Assembly (NCBI GenBank): GCA_047495785.1
Contig: JBLDXI010000016.1
Coordinates: 868,001-932,000 of the forward strand
Source of the DNA: Lepidodermella squamata
Taxonomy: Eukaryota; Animalia; Gastrotricha
Direction of reading: 5' to 3'
DNA length: 64,000 bases
Part shown: in pieces, positions 1-17,256 of the stretch
How positions within the stretch are numbered: the stretch's first letter is position 1
Layout: the number at the start of each line of letters is the position of its first letter
The notes under the pieces: model-generated
What the model saw: the letters and a program-made list of their open reading frames with translations, nothing else
The model's database searches: none
What the model was told of the DNA's origin: nothing
Translations under genes and position numbers: made by a program

Positions 1-477
1 AACGAAGAGCTGCATCTAAACAGAATACAAGTAATTGTATTGTGCATCATCAATGCAAGCTCAAGTGAAGGCATAGCCCAAAGCGCGGCTTGTTGCATCT
101 CAGCAAGAAGGTAGAAAATAAAAAATGCTCAAAAAGGGTCAAACTAAGCAATGTCGAGAAACGCGCATCGCCAAGATTATTGAAAATATTTCAGAAAAAC
201 CGGCTTGAACGTATTCAATAATGAACTCTAAACAGTTGGCCGCGCTGAATAAGGGGATTCAGCACAGAAATGAAGGAATCGCACTGGCTACGTTTCCGAG
301 CAACGTTACCGATGCCGATTCTCGCTCACGTTGCAGCCGCAAGCAAGCATGCCCGCCCAACTCCGACCTTGGGGGAAAAAAATTGGCATTTCTATCGCAC
401 CGATTATAGCGAAGGATAACAGTTGCCGAAAAATATCATTTCTTAACAAGTATATATTTATGCTTGAAAATTAAATA

Positions 478-520
478 TTTGGCGGGAATTTGGCAGCGCG
501 AAAAATCGGTTTGGCGGTTT
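478..520. promoter_or_regulatory. Cluster of E2F-like sites upstream of PCNA
   Basis: TTTGGCGGGAA (478-488), GCGCGAAA (496-503) and TTTGGCGG (510-517) within ~45 bp, ~430-470 bp upstream of the PCNA ATG; PCNA is an established E2F target. Confidence 0.5.
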
Positions 521-920
521 TTTGTCGATTTGATGGCGGATCGTCATTTCCTAGTGATGGGAGCGACGCAACACGCAACGAATTTCCGTCATGTTATTTC
601 AGAAAACAGACTTCGGGGGAGAAAATCAGTCGCGTTGAATTGTTGGATGTCCTCATTTTTATCTCAGTGGAACTAAATGAAACAACACCCGATTAGATTC
701 GTGCATAAATGTTTTCATGTTATTTCTGGCTAAATGCAGAAGCCATGGCCGGAAAGCGTCACCAGGTATTAACACGGCTCGATGGCCATCGCATGGTGCT
801 GTTTTCTTAAAAGTTATTTGCAGCAACGCGATTTACTGACTATTATTTCTATTATAATCAGTATTAAGCATCCGCCTGTGTTGCCTTGAGCCGTAACTTC
901 GAATTTGTATATTTATCTAG

Positions 921-1860
<940 letters not shown>

Positions 1861-2796
1861 ATCACGCCAATTCTCTCTTAACATTCTCCTCTACGCATTC
1901 TGATCTATGCTAATTTCATCATTGACACTACGCTTATTTCATGTGTTACTAACATCGATAATTTCTGCATGCTTAGATTTGTCTCTGCCCGGTTTTGACA
2001 AAATAAACCAGTGATAGGATTCACATGGATTGTTTTCGAGCTTTACCTGCGTTGAAATAGTTTTCAGCTTGTTCAATTTTGTTAGTAAAAACCGGAGTGA
2101 CGTCTAAAACATAATGGAAGCCTAATGCAGTAGAAAATTGGCACAGCTCTCAAGTGATAATCACCGCATCGCCTAGGACGGTGTTTCTCAAACCATTTTC
2201 GAACCTGGCTAAAAATTGTCGGCCGCATTGTCGCTTGAACCTTCAACCGGCCGCTTGCAATGATAAAATAGGACCTTCCTGGCCGCACGCCTTTAAAACC
2301 GAAAGACGAAGGTTTTGAGTGCGCTTCTATGCAGAAGATGGGTTTTAAATTGGGTTTTTAGGGGAAAATGCATTGACCAACATACAGGTATGGCGCCAAA
2401 ATATACGAGCGAAGCGATAATTTTTTTTAGAAAATTGTGGCTATTTATCATTCGGATAAGGCTAAATCCTCTGGAAATTTGCGAAAATTCCGTAAAATCC
2501 TGGATTATTGCCTTCGAAAGAGCCGTCCGGCCTCACACAATGATAGAGATAAGCAGACCTCTGCCGGCCGAAATAACTCGGTTTGAGAACCACTGGGCCA
2601 TGAACTTCGTTCAATCACGAAAAAATTCGATTCGAGTTGCGGTTAACAAACTCAAGTTAAAATAGCTTGACATTTCGCCTGTGCACTCGAAGAATTTCGA
2701 ACTCGGAGAAATAACTGACAATTGAAAGCGTGATCATCTTTATTTCCTTCCAGTGAACAAATTTTACAAAAAACATGAGAAAATTCTACGAATAGA

Positions 2797-3251
2797 TCAA
2801 TAGTTTAAATTTAGTTCATCATTGGCTGGTCGATACATCCATTCCGTAGCTTTCAAATCATCAACTTTTTTCAACAGCTCGCTCCAACGCTCACTTGCCA
2901 TTTCTGAAGGATAGATAGACAAATTATAAATCCGGATTTTTCGAAAATCAAACATACCTTTCAACACGACTCTCCTCTGTTCCGATGAGTCAGCGATGTG
3001 AGAAGTTTTGTTGAGCAGTGTATTAAAATCTGAAATAAAAATGTTTAGTATATGAGACGTGAAAAACGAGAGAACCTACCATCAGCCACCGGTGGGACAA
3101 TACGAGAGCGAGTTGCTGGTGCTCTAACCGGAGCCATGGCAATATCTTGGAAAGGTCTATTGCGGAAACTGGGCAGGGTCGTGGGGGTGACTGAAGGGCT
3201 AGAAACTGACCCGGATTGCGAACCGGAAGAACTCGCAGCAGGCCTTTGCAT
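2797..3251 (-). CDS. Small protein, APC/C subunit 16-like; exons 3251-3080, 3029-2958, 2903-2797
   Basis: Ser-rich N-terminus and C-terminal LLKKVDDLKATEWMYRP, resembling the ANAPC16 tail (LVEELEADEWRFKP); two phase-1 GT-AG introns keep frame. Confidence 0.55.
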
Positions 3252-4532
3252 ATTTAAAAATCCTCTAAAATAAACACAACATGTTTCAGTGTTCCACTTT
3301 CATTAAAACTTATATCTCTGCCTTAATATATAGTTTGTTCTCGACGACACGTGTTTTTCTCATCATCGCAAAGTTATATAGTTTTATCACTCTGTATGTA
3401 CATAATGCAGCGAGCATCATCATTATCATCACCACAAAACAGTTAGCCGAGAAATCTTTTTTGGTAAAAGTGCGTTTGTCTTTCATCAAAACCGCTCGCA
3501 AAAAGAGCACCCAATTAACAAGATTGTACGACGTTCGAAGCTGATGATAAAACCTCTTCCTCGTCCTCAATTAATCGCGGTTGTGGCACAGAGATCATCA
3601 CCTCATTCAGATGATATTTTCAACAGAGAAAACGCTCAAAACCGCGCGATATTATTGCCGCACATAACTGATTAATTGAGTCGGCCGCAACTAAAAGCCT
3701 GAACAATAGCAACATGTGACTTCCATATAATAGCGATAGATTTTCTTCAGTTTCAGACCTAAAAATAGCCAAACAAAAACAACTAGCATTCTGGCACTTA
3801 TAGCGTAATATAATTTGAAGAGAAATAGAGAGAGAGAGACAGAAGAAAAAGAGAAACGTCGTCATAAAAAATTCAAACAACCAGGCGAAAGAGTCAGGCA
3901 AAAACTTTCTATATTATTTTGTTGTTGTTCATGTCATTTCAATCAACTAAACGACCAAATATAGGCGTGTTTGTTCGATCTTCATCTTTGTCGTGCACGA
4001 AGTGGAAGCAAAAGGCACAGGCACGTTTTGTTTCGATTTTCCAATCCACTCCACAATAAAACATCGTGCTAATTTGTGTGCGGTTTTCTAGCTAGCGAGG
4101 TTACTTCTTTTGTTAACAAGTGCAGGGTCGAGAGAACATTAGGGAGGCTAAATGACTGAGATTCGGGGCGAGGCGATTCGGCCGAGAAATTAGAAAAAAA
4201 TAGCATTTGAAAGCTACAATGAATTAAAATCCATACAACTGAAAAGGCGAGTTGTTCGAGTGTGGTTAATCAAAAAGAAAGTAGTACAAAACTCCGACCT
4301 CCATTTAATCAGAGCTAACCTACTACGTACAGTCTAAAACCTTGAAATAGCACGGTTCATCTCCAGGAAGGCAAAATTCACGTAGACAAACAAGAAGAAA
4401 GTTTACGGCACATCAAAAATTAATTTGTCATTAGCTATTGACGCACACGCCACAGCTTATAACCTGGCTATATATGTCAAATAGATAGGTCCACGCGTGT
4501 CGTAGCAAAGTAGATCACAATACTGAATTGAC

Positions 4533-5623
4533 TTATACATGCTGAGCAGAGTTTAGATTCATGTTTGTTGGAGTTATCGTTGCCACACTAACCACCCCGG
4601 CCCCTACAGGAGCTGCTGCTGATGGTTTGCACAATGCTGTAGAAGCCGTGTGGCCCTCGGGGTATATGACTATTTGAGGGGGCGGCAGATTTTGTTGCTG
4701 CTCAGAACCGGACGAGCCTTCACAGAACCGCTGACCAGGCGGCCGTCGGTCTTGAATGTAGATGATTCGATTGTAAGTTCGCCACCTTCGACACAGCCTT
4801 ATGTACATTTTGCATTGCACATACATGAAAACAACCCCTGAAGAAAACCAGGCATGACAAATTATGACGAATATTCAATTTGCAACTTACCGCCAGTAAA
4901 ACCAACGGTTACAACCACCAATTTAGTCCAAAACGCCCAGCCATAATTTTTGCGATTGACCTCTTCAGCTGTTCTTTCCAGTAGCACCCAAAGAGACCAA
5001 ACCACGCAAATTAAGGCGACAATGTGGAAAGAAACAGAGCAGATGACTCGTCGACGCTCAACAGATGACAGATCCAGCTTACGCCATTTAGAAAATGGTT
5101 TACTCTCAGATGACATGATAAACTGGAACCGGCACAACTCGCAAGCTCGGGTCGACGATTCTAGGATCCACTTTTGAAGGCACGGGTGGTGGACAAATCG
5201 TAGAGAACCAGCACAAAGACATGGTTGTATCAAAGGGTGGTTTGTATCTCCCTCACTGTGGCATATCCGGCAGATATCTCCTGTAGCGCCGTCCAGCATT
5301 ACGTTGACACTGCTCGTATCTGTCACACTTTCACGAGGGACAGAAGGCGTCCGTAGCGATGCTAGACCACTGTCATCTTGATTGGCTGAGCCTGAGCAGA
5401 TATTAGAACGCAATGGAGAGACGTTTGAAGAGTCCGCTGAGACGTCGCCATGCATCGAAGGGGTAGGAGGAGCAGGAACAGGGGAAATCCCCGTACCCTT
5501 GATTACTTTTGGCTCAGCACTGCTCCCATTGGACAGTGGTTGCTGGGAGTCTCTGAGAACGTTGGAGATACCAGAGTCTCTGGACGCATCGATACCACCA
5601 CTGCTGGGTGGATCGGAGTCCAT
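4533..5623 (-). CDS. MARCH1/8-type RING-CH membrane E3 ubiquitin ligase; exons 5623-4891, 4837-4533
   Basis: RINGv CRICH...[20 protein letters not shown]...CELC, two TM helices, [21 protein letters not shown]. Confidence 0.93.
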
Positions 5624-6889
5624 TTAAAAATCTACAATGTCAAAATTGAATTTTACACTTGAAAGAACTGCATTCTTGGGAGACGGCGTACTCTCAGATA
5701 ACGCTGAGCGAAGAAATTCAAATTCAATCGAAAACATGCTGCTCCACCGGGACAGGAACCGCAAGGCGTATATCTATCATACTAGGAATCTCGAGACTCG
5801 AGTTAGCAAGATAAAACAGCTAGACAGAGTTAGGTAGCAAGGTTATCTCTTATCAAGATAAGCTCATATAAGCGGATTCATTCGGAAATAATGGTTTCCG
5901 GGTTTCGGGTTCCGAGTTCACCTTGTCTTGAACCTTGAACCTCCGCCATGGACGATGGACATGCGGGGAAAATTTGATCACTAACCAATAATAAACATTC
6001 AACTCTGTTATCAAAGACCCAAGACCTATTGCTAGGAATGCACGACAGCTAGAGAAGAACAGAAAGCTGTTTGGGGCTCCCGAAATGAAAGTTTGACTTG
6101 TTCGTCAAAGAGGTAATACCCGCCACATGAACTAAAACTGGGTAAAGTATCGACCGAAAGGCAACTCTTACCTTTGCAGCTCAGCCCTTTATCCTGTCCT
6201 CGGGAACCCATAAAAGCACTTAATAAAGTCAAAACCATTATAGTAAATAAATTAAATGCCTAATTTATTTCTAAAATCCAGATTTAAACACGTTTTATAT
6301 TGACTAAATTGATTTAATTTCAAGGACTGGTTGCATGTGTTCGGGGAACTTGCGAGCTGTTTTTGAAGTTCTGCTCAGTGGAGCTTCCTTAGAGTCCGGT
6401 TACACTGCTAAGAACTTGTTGCTCTTAATGATTTGTAATCAGGAGAAGTCATAATGGATTGAAAACAGACATAAACAACAGCTTAAACAAAGCTCGCAAG
6501 TCACTGCAGATCATTTGAACAGAGCGTAAGGCCACGCTAGGCACCATCTCCGTTACCTTTTTTAGTGCAAGTGGTTGGTTTTTGTGCGAGTGAAGGTGCC
6601 ATTATGGACTAATTACTTCTTGATACTTAGTATTATTATATTATAATACCATTTTGATTTGCAAATCTTCATTACACGAATTCGCAGATATTTTCACTTG
6701 AGGTTTATTTCCTTGAAGAAGTTTGGAAATGGTCTGGATCCGTTAATCCTAAGGCTCCCGATGAAAACGTTTGTTTGAGGTGCACGGTTGAACTAATTCC
6801 GCTGGTGAAAAGGGTTATTTGGTCGTATTCGTGAATCCGCATTGCTTCATAAATTGGCCAACTCGATGATGCTTACCTAACGGAACCTA

Positions 6890-8340
6890 GCAGCGGGTTT
6901 TCATCAGCACCAACTTCCACTTATCCGAGAAGTCTCATCATTTGTTATGGATTGTTATAGACCAATACTAGTTGATAGAAACAAAAATTACATTTGCATC
7001 ACCTTCCGTTGGCGTGCTGCCAAATTTTGCTGCTAAGTTCAGCTTTTACTATGTAAAATGGGTGCATCGATTTTGGACCCCATTTGTTATATCTGACAGC
7101 AGCACATAACAAACGTGAGAATTTGTTATATAACGTAACAAATGACGCTGATTGCGATGGTGATTTTTATTTTACCATCAGCATCACCTGGACAGGTGTG
7201 GATCGAAAAAACCAGGTATGGTGGCTTACTACTAGCAGGTAGGGTGCGTCCCATGACCGATTGTTTTGTTTCCATAACCGTCGTAGCCGAATTTCCGAAT
7301 TTCCGAAATTGATGAGCAAGAAAAGTAAGAAACTCGAGGGCATACATCTTTGAAATAGAAATTAATTTTCGTATCAGAATAAACCATAGCACTTGCTGGT
7401 CTTAAGTATTCCAAAATTTAAGAGTATCAATAAACAAATTAAACAATGATTTCTCAAAGAAGGTAACGAATATTATTGACTTTCTCGCACGAAAAGGTCA
7501 TATTAACAGAATAAAATATTATAGGTAATTATAAAATCAACATCACCAACGTTTTCAGGGCTACTTTTTATCTTCTAGAATTAAAATTCCACATTTGTTA
7601 CGTTAGCGCTGTCAGTTAAAAAAATATCGTAATCTAATTCAATTCAGACCCATTTTAAATTTGAATAGCCAGCTACGAATCACGTGGTCAATTAACCGCC
7701 AAGCCGTCAATTATATTCGTTAGACAATAGAGATGTTAATTTCTGCATCATTTTTTACCCTAGTGCACTCATTTAAATGTGAAGTTAATGTAACATAATC
7801 CAAGCTTCCGCTGCCAAGCAAGTAATTTTCATTGCAAACTGCCATAATCGACATTGAAATTGCAACTTTAGTTAAACTCGCTTTTATTTCTCGAGTTATA
7901 TGAATCGAAAGTTCGCAATACTTTGTGAAACATGGTAATTTACCACGGAGAATCCGAAAAAATTTATCTCGAGGTCATGGGACGCACCCTACCTGCTCAG
8001 GTAAGCCACCATACCTGGTTTTTTCGATCCACACCTGTCCAGGTGATGCTGATGGTAAAATAAAAATCACCATCGCAATCAGCGTCATTTGTTACGTTAT
8101 ATAACAAATTCTCACGTTTGTTATGTGCTGCTGTCAGATATAACAAATGGGGTCCAAAATCGATGCACCCATTTTACATAGTAAAAGCTGAACTTAGCAG
8201 CAAAATTTGGCAGCACGCCAACGGAAGGTGATGCAAATGTAATTTTTGTTTCTATCAACTAGTATTGGTCTATAACAATCCATAACAAATGATGAGACTT
8301 CTCGGATAAGTGGAAGTTGGTGCTGATGAAAACACGCTGC
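6890..8340. repeat. Long inverted repeat (~370-bp arms 6890-7258 and 7973-8340, ~715-bp spacer); foldback or non-autonomous DNA element
   Basis: Arms are near-perfect reverse complements (e.g. tcatcagcaccaacttccacttatccgag / ctcggataagtggaagttggtgctgatga); no clear TSD or transposase ORF. Confidence 0.85.
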
Positions 8341-10210
8341 CAAGTTCAAAGCGGTTGATGCTTAGCCAAAGACTTCATGAATGGTGTTAACTTGGCAATT
8401 GGAAACTCGTGTTGGATACGTCATACGTATGGCTGACCGGAAAAGCCAGAAAATGGTTGGGATAGCTCTGATCGGTATCCTATAGTATCCGTTGCGTCCC
8501 ATTTTTAGCGCGGCTACGCACTAATGAATATGAAGTTGGACAATTGGCTTTTAAAAAATATTATCCATCTCGGATAAGAACCATTTTCTGCATTACTTTT
8601 TGTGAAAATGGCAGGATATAGGTAATTTATGGAAAATTGCAACAAGCCAGCAATGCAATACAAAAAGAAAACCAGGACATGAGACAACCATTGAAACTTT
8701 ACTTTTCAAAACTTGCAAACAAACTCACAAACACTTAACTCATGTTTTATACATAATTTATAATCCATATTTTTATATTAGGTGTAGCATTATATTATTA
8801 TTGACTTTGGATGCCGCTTATAGACAAAATAAATGCACACAGCGCATACTATTTGATAGATGTTACATCATTTCTCGCGTACATCGGCATTTCACGAGGA
8901 AAACCAGGCGCACTCGAATCTTAAAAGCGCGAATTACAGGTGTCTTCACACTGAGCCCACCGTAAACCACAGGTGCATATTCGCTATCATAGAAAAACTA
9001 GCTTGAATATCGTACAACGCCGTTTAGTGGAGAGAGAGATAGACAGCATAGCTTTGAAATTACGAAGAAGAAGAAATAGCCGTTAATTTGTTAGCTTATA
9101 CTTCAATTAGAAAACAGATCAAATTGAATTTTTTCTTTGCATGGAATATAGCAAGATGTTCATTTTATCAGACGATATTCATACATTATCATGGTCCACA
9201 AAGCACACGCCGCATGCTGCATTTCATCATGTACTTTGGGTGCTCTAACAACAGGCAATGGTCATGTTAACAGAGAGTAAAAATTCGGAATTGTTTTTCC
9301 CCTAGAAACTATAAGCTGAAGAAATCAAACAACATTCATCAATTTTTTCGACATATCGGCCCACCGCGAAATCAGCCGCATTTCGAAATTTCTTCATAGA
9401 ATGGGTTTCACGTCGAAAAGGCACCCATCACAAGTGTTCGACAAACAAAATGAACTAGCGCTAATTATCGAGGATTGGAAAAAATCGACAGGCATCACAA
9501 AAGCACAGGTCAGCCTGGTTTCAATTATAATGATGATAACATAAGAATCAATAGTCGCAACAATTCTCGCACCAGGTGAGAAGCAAGAAATAGAGCTAGA
9601 TATGGACGAAATTTTGAGTCAACTGAAAAAATACGCCGGTGGTGAGTCGCAGGGTTGAATTTTTGGTTATGACTCGACTACGGTGTCATTTTTAAAACAG
9701 GTTAAAGCGAAATGACTAAATCATGCGGCAAGAAGGAGACGATAGGTACGCTGGGATATATCTATTCAATAAAAGCAATCTTCTTTTTTTATTACGAAGG
9801 AATATAATGGAAAATTGTTTGTGCTGTGTTTGAAATACGTTGATATAAAAAATAATCTATCATTATTTCATTCAATATATATCATGATCGAGGAGGATAA
9901 TCGCGCGCTCGGGAAAAACATATTCATTTTTAATAAATAAATATAATAGAATAAATAGACGAATTTATTTGAGTGAAGTCACAAACTAATCTATTCTTAT
10001 GTTTCACACGCATGTTATGACGTCGCAAAACAGATCATCGTGCCGTCCATCGTTTGACACATTCATTCATTTTTGTATACAACAGCGTTGCAACGACGGA
10101 AAAAATAATAAATAAATAAATGAATAAGAACTTGACACATAGAGAGAGAGAAGAGAATAAGAGAGAGAGAGAAATTGACGTTAAGAAATGATGATTGTCC
10201 TTTGAAATAA

Positions 10211-12207
<1,997 letters not shown>

Positions 12208-12642
12208 CTAGAAAAACACAAAATTAACATTAAATCCCGAAATTTACAAAATTTAAGATTATAATTATTTTAAAATAAATGGATAGTGCTGAATTTCACC
12301 ATAATTCTTCTAGTTAAGGCTTCAAGAGAGAAAATTCCAGCTTCCAGGACTATATCGTGAGCATTTTTAGATCTCTTTGCTTCAATTTTGAAATCGGCTC
12401 AAAGATTAAAAGAAGCAATCGAACGTAAATTTTGACAGGCAACAAAACTAATATTTCAATTAAGTCATTTTCTCAATTCGACAGCCCAAGTTTAGAAACA
12501 GATAATTTTTGTAATTTCACGCTCAAATTTGTTCAATTCCTTTCTATATTAATAAAAATTATAAATTCCTTATTTTATCAAGGATTCCTCACAAAATCGG
12601 CAATATCACTTGTATAATAACAAGCCGCACGAACCCCTCAAT

Positions 12643-14300
12643 CATAGACAATGATGTAACAGATCGGACACTCACGCACTTGCCTGTTGTCGTTAAACCA
12701 TAAATTTTCACACTAATTTAAATGCATTGATTTAAAAGGTGGAAAAAGATGTACATCTCCAATTTTTTTTAAATTTTCATAGAAAGAATCTCCGTCTTTC
12801 AAGGATTCCAAAGATCAAAGGCTCATCGCGCGATTCGATGCCGTTGATTTTTAAATTGAAAAACAAAAATGTGCATTGAAATTTAGTTGTTGAGTCCTTT
12901 CAATTCATTTTTTTCGCGTGGCCACATGTTTCTTTCCTCTTAAAACACAAACACAGATGGCGCCATTTTGTACTTTTTTATTATTACACATTTTCGAGCA
13001 TGAAAAGCGAGAAAGCGAGTCAAAAATTTAATTAAATTAAATATTTCCAGGGTGGCTACATGTTCTGATTTTGAGCTGCTTTCCGTATTTTCATCGGCTG
13101 TTTCGTATCGAATTGGCGCATTCGAATTGGTGCTAGGAGTGTACCAGATTTTCTCGAATGATTGATCGCCGAGTTTTAATTATCGAAACGATAGGTCACC
13201 AATGATGGGCGAGTCAGACTAAAATGAAAAGAAATTACCAGCATTTTCTCCAAACCTTATTTTTCTTACCATATCGTGCCATCGTGGGTTCGAAAGCTGA
13301 AGCATTCAACTACGCGACATGGTGTTACAAGACTCGAGTCGCAGCGAATAGATAGAGCCCGAGCATTTCTTCCCCGATAAGGGGCAGCGAAGCTTCATTT
13401 TGCATGCCTTTCTGAAGCAATTAATTCTTGGAATTCAACTTCATCTCTGCTTTGCAAACTTTAAAAAGAAAATGAACATCATCAAACAAAATTCAATGTA
13501 AAAAGGCAGTTGTTTACAGGGTGCACGAAAAATTTCGATATAATTTTCTAATGAATTTCGTAATAATTTCTGAATTAGATCTCCGAGTTTTTTTTAATAA
13601 AAATCCTTATAAATTTATTTTAAAATGGCTCCGGAATTTATATTAATTTGAAATAATTCAAAATATTTTCGACCATAAAATAAATATTCGTATCTAAAAA
13701 TTATGAAAATTATGCACGGTAAAAAATGCTACAGTCATTATTAGGCTGGAAATATTAGGCGAACTTCTCAGGTTTTAAAGCTTTGAAAATGTCGAAAACT
13801 TACAGCCAAAAATATGAAATGTCACTGGTTTTTAAATGAAGGAGGATTCAAACTGTATAGTTGTCAGGTGGGATTTCTAAAGAAAGATTTCAAACAGAAA
13901 CCGATGATAATTTAAAAAATGTCCCCTGAGCTCTCGTGGCTCGTGCTAAAGGGTTGAATTTCAAGTGTGTTGTTGATTCCCATTTGCATTAAAATTTCTC
14001 ACCACAACTTGTTTTTTCTTCGAGTGAATAATGAGTCATGATTACGCAACACAGTTTTGCATGGTGCTAATAATCGATTTTTCGATATTGATTTTCTCGA
14101 CAACGAAGCCGAATCGCGCGACGGGGTTCGGTTTATTATGGCCGTAAAAAAATGCCCGATTTTCTGATATTTTTTTCAAGAATTTATGAGATGTACATAT
14201 TTTCGGCCGGATTTATAATGGCCGATCCACGGTACAAAGTTCATAATTAAATTTCAATGCGAAGTGTGTGAGTGTCCGATCTGTAACATTATTGTCTATG
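12643..14300. mobile_element. Non-autonomous P-superfamily-like DNA transposon, 1658 bp, with 39-bp imperfect TIRs
   Basis: Left end CATAGACAATGATGTAACAGATCGGACACTCACGCACTT (12643-12681); reverse complement of 14262-14300 is CATAGACAATAATGTTACAGATCGGACACTCACACACTT (3 mismatches); 8-bp TSD for this family seen at 18532/18571; no transposase ORF. Confidence 0.8.
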
Positions 14301-14433
14301 CTTTATGTATTTGCGCGCAATAGTGCTCTCAAGCCGATACCTGAAAGTCGTTTTGACATTATGCAGAATACATGAAATTAAAAGAGTGTGAGAAATTATA
14401 TCGGAGCTCCTCGTGGATGCCAATCGGAAAGAA

Positions 14434-14919
14434 TTACGATCTAAATAGTGAAAAGCAGTGAAGTGTCGATGTTTCCGAACAACTTGTGCGGTTAATCATG
14501 CCGCAAAAAAACTTCGGTACCGTTATCCATGGAACGGAGGCATACTCCGTAGCAAAAGAATTAAATAGAAAAACAATGACAGTTCCCAACACGATGCAGC
14601 CGAGTAGTATGGATAAAAATGTCATTATCAGCCCCCATGGAGTGTTAGAGGGTGTATTAGGATTGTTGGATAAGAGACATAGTCACCGCTCGTAACTGAT
14701 CAACATGAAGATCCAAATATAGATTGAGAACCCAGAGTTGTCATTACCCAGGCCAGCCCTGTGCATAACCAGGCTGGAGTGTCCCAGTAACCAGAACCAG
14801 CAGTTCTTCCGCCCAAATAGTGGACCCATCCAACAAAGAATGGTCTTGATTCGTTATAGCCTCGGTAGAACCCAGGCTTCGTTCATGTAAGCTCGGTTTG
14901 CAAATCTGGAGCTGTCCAT
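14434..14919 (-). pseudogene. Inverted copy of the class A GPCR pseudogene
   Basis: Mirror image of 17921-18406. Confidence 0.8.
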
Positions 14920-15583
14920 AGCTTGAGAATACAGGTATGATTTCGCCTCTCAATGCGAAGAGGATTTAGCTGATTTTTACTCGGTTGTGTTACTCACCGC
15001 GCGCGCCTTCCGCTTATTTGCTCATGCGTTGTGCGTTATGCGAATGCTCTTATTTTTCATTGAGTGGAATTCGGACGGATGCAAAACAGTCTACTTCTCA
15101 AGAGAGCATTTGCGCACGCCCAACAAAACTTAAATTGTCGAAAACATAATCAATATTCAACATTTTTCAAGTCTCAGTTTGCTTCATGGACTAATGCAGT
15201 TTTCTACCTACGCTCATCTGAAGACCGAAGACTGCTAATCGTGGATCGCTGCGCGCTGTAGACTCTAGATCCTAGATCGCCCGTAGCAACATGTTGATCT
15301 TGTATCATAGATTATGAACAGTTGCGGATTTCGAAGAGCAAGATTTCAGGCTGACCAGGAACGGTCTCCTAGACTTGCCCTCCTATGACACTGCACTGTG
15401 TACATTTATTTTATTCGAAACGTGCTTTAAAAAATAAGGAAAATGTTGTGTCATGTATTTGAAGAGCAATAAAAAGGGCCAGTTTCAGCAAGTTTACTTG
15501 TAGTTAGCTTTCGGTCCACCTGCGCCGGCTTCATAACGGCTGAAGATTCCGGTGAGTGCCATGGGTTTGGGTTGGGTCGCGAA

Positions 15584-17256
15584 CATAGACAATAATGTTA
15601 CAGATCGGACACTCACACACTTCGCATTGAAATTTAATTATGAACTTTGTACCGTGGATCGGCCATTATAAATCCGGCCGAAAATATGTACATCTCATAA
15701 ATTCTTGAAAAAAATATCAGAAAATCGGGCATTTTTTTACGGCCATAATAAACCGAACCCCGTCGCGCGATTCGGCTTCGTTGTCGAGAAAATCAATATC
15801 GAAAAATCGATTATTAGCACCATGCAAAACTGTGTTGCGTAATCATGACTCATTATTCACTCGAAGAAAAAACAAGTTGTGGTGAGAAATTTTAATGCAA
15901 ATGGGAATCAACAACACACTTGAAATTCAACCCTTCAGCACGAGCCACGAGAGCTCAGGGGACATTTTTTAAATTATCATCGGTTTCTGTTTGAAATCTT
16001 TCTTTAGAAATCCCACTGTTCTGATTTTGAGCTGCTTTCCGTATTTTCATCGGCTGTTTCGTATCGAATTGGCGCATTCGAATTGGTGCTAGGAGTGTAC
16101 CAGATTTTCTCGAATGATTGATCGCCGAGTTTTAATTATCGAAACGATAGGTCACCAATGATGGGCGAGTCAGACTAAAATGAAAAGAAATTACCAGCAT
16201 TTTCTCCAAACCTTATTTTTCTTACCATATCGTGCCATCGTGGGTTCGAAAGCTGAAGCATTCAACTACGCGACATGGTGTTACAAGACTCGAGTCGCAG
16301 CGAATAGATAGAGCCCGAGCATTTCTTCCCCGATAAGGGGCAGCGAAGCTTCATTTTGCATGCCTTTCTGAAGCAATTAATTCTTGGAATTCAACTTCAT
16401 CTCTGCTTTGCAAACTTTAAAAAGAAAATGAACATCATCAAACAAAATTCAATGTAAAAAGGCAGTTGTTTACAGGGTGCACGAAAAATTTCGATATAAT
16501 TTTCTAATGAATTTCGTAATAATTTCTGAATTAGATCTCCGAGTTTTTTTTAATAAAAATCCTTATAAATTTATTTTAAAATGGCTCCGGAATTTATATT
16601 AATTTGAAATAATTCAAAATATTTTCGACCATAAAATAAATATTCGTATCTAAAAATTATGAAAATTATGCACGGTAAAAAATGCTACAGTCATTATTAG
16701 GCTGGAAATATTAGGCGAACTTCTCAGGTTTTAAAGCTTTGAAAATGTCGAAAACTTACAGCCAAAAATATGAAATGTCACTGGTTTTTAAATGAAGGAG
16801 GATTCAAACTGTATAGTTGTCAGGTGGGATTTCTAAAGAAAGATTTCAAACAGAAACCGATGATAATTTAAAAAATGTCCCCTGAGCTCTCGTGGCTCGT
16901 GCTAAAGGGTTGAATTTCAAGTGTGTTGTTGATTCCCATTTGCATTAAAATTTCTCACCACAACTTGTTTTTTCTTCGAGTGAATAATGAGTCATGATTA
17001 CGCAACACAGTTTTGCATGGTGCTAATAATCGATTTTTCGATATTGATTTTCTCGACAACGAAGCCGAATCGCGCGACGGGGTTCGGTTTATTATGGCCG
17101 TAAAAAAATGCCCGATTTTCTGATATTTTTTTCAAGAATTTATGAGATGTACATATTTTCGGCCGGATTTATAATGGCCGATCCACGGTACAAAGTTCAT
17201 AATTAAATTTCAATGCGAAGTGTGTGAGTGTCCGATCTGTAACATTATTGTCTATG
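15584..17256. mobile_element. Rearranged derivative of the P-like element carrying two right ends
   Basis: Starts CATAGACAATAATGTTACA (right-type TIR), 433 bp of inverted right end joined to internal sequence from 13061, ends in right TIR ...TTATTGTCTATG. Confidence 0.75.

Larger units (their letters stand above)
13061..17256 (+). repeat. 1240-bp direct repeat (13061-14300 = 16017-17256)
   Basis: Matching sequence at offset 2956, from tgttctgattttgagc to ...attgtctatg. Confidence 0.95.
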
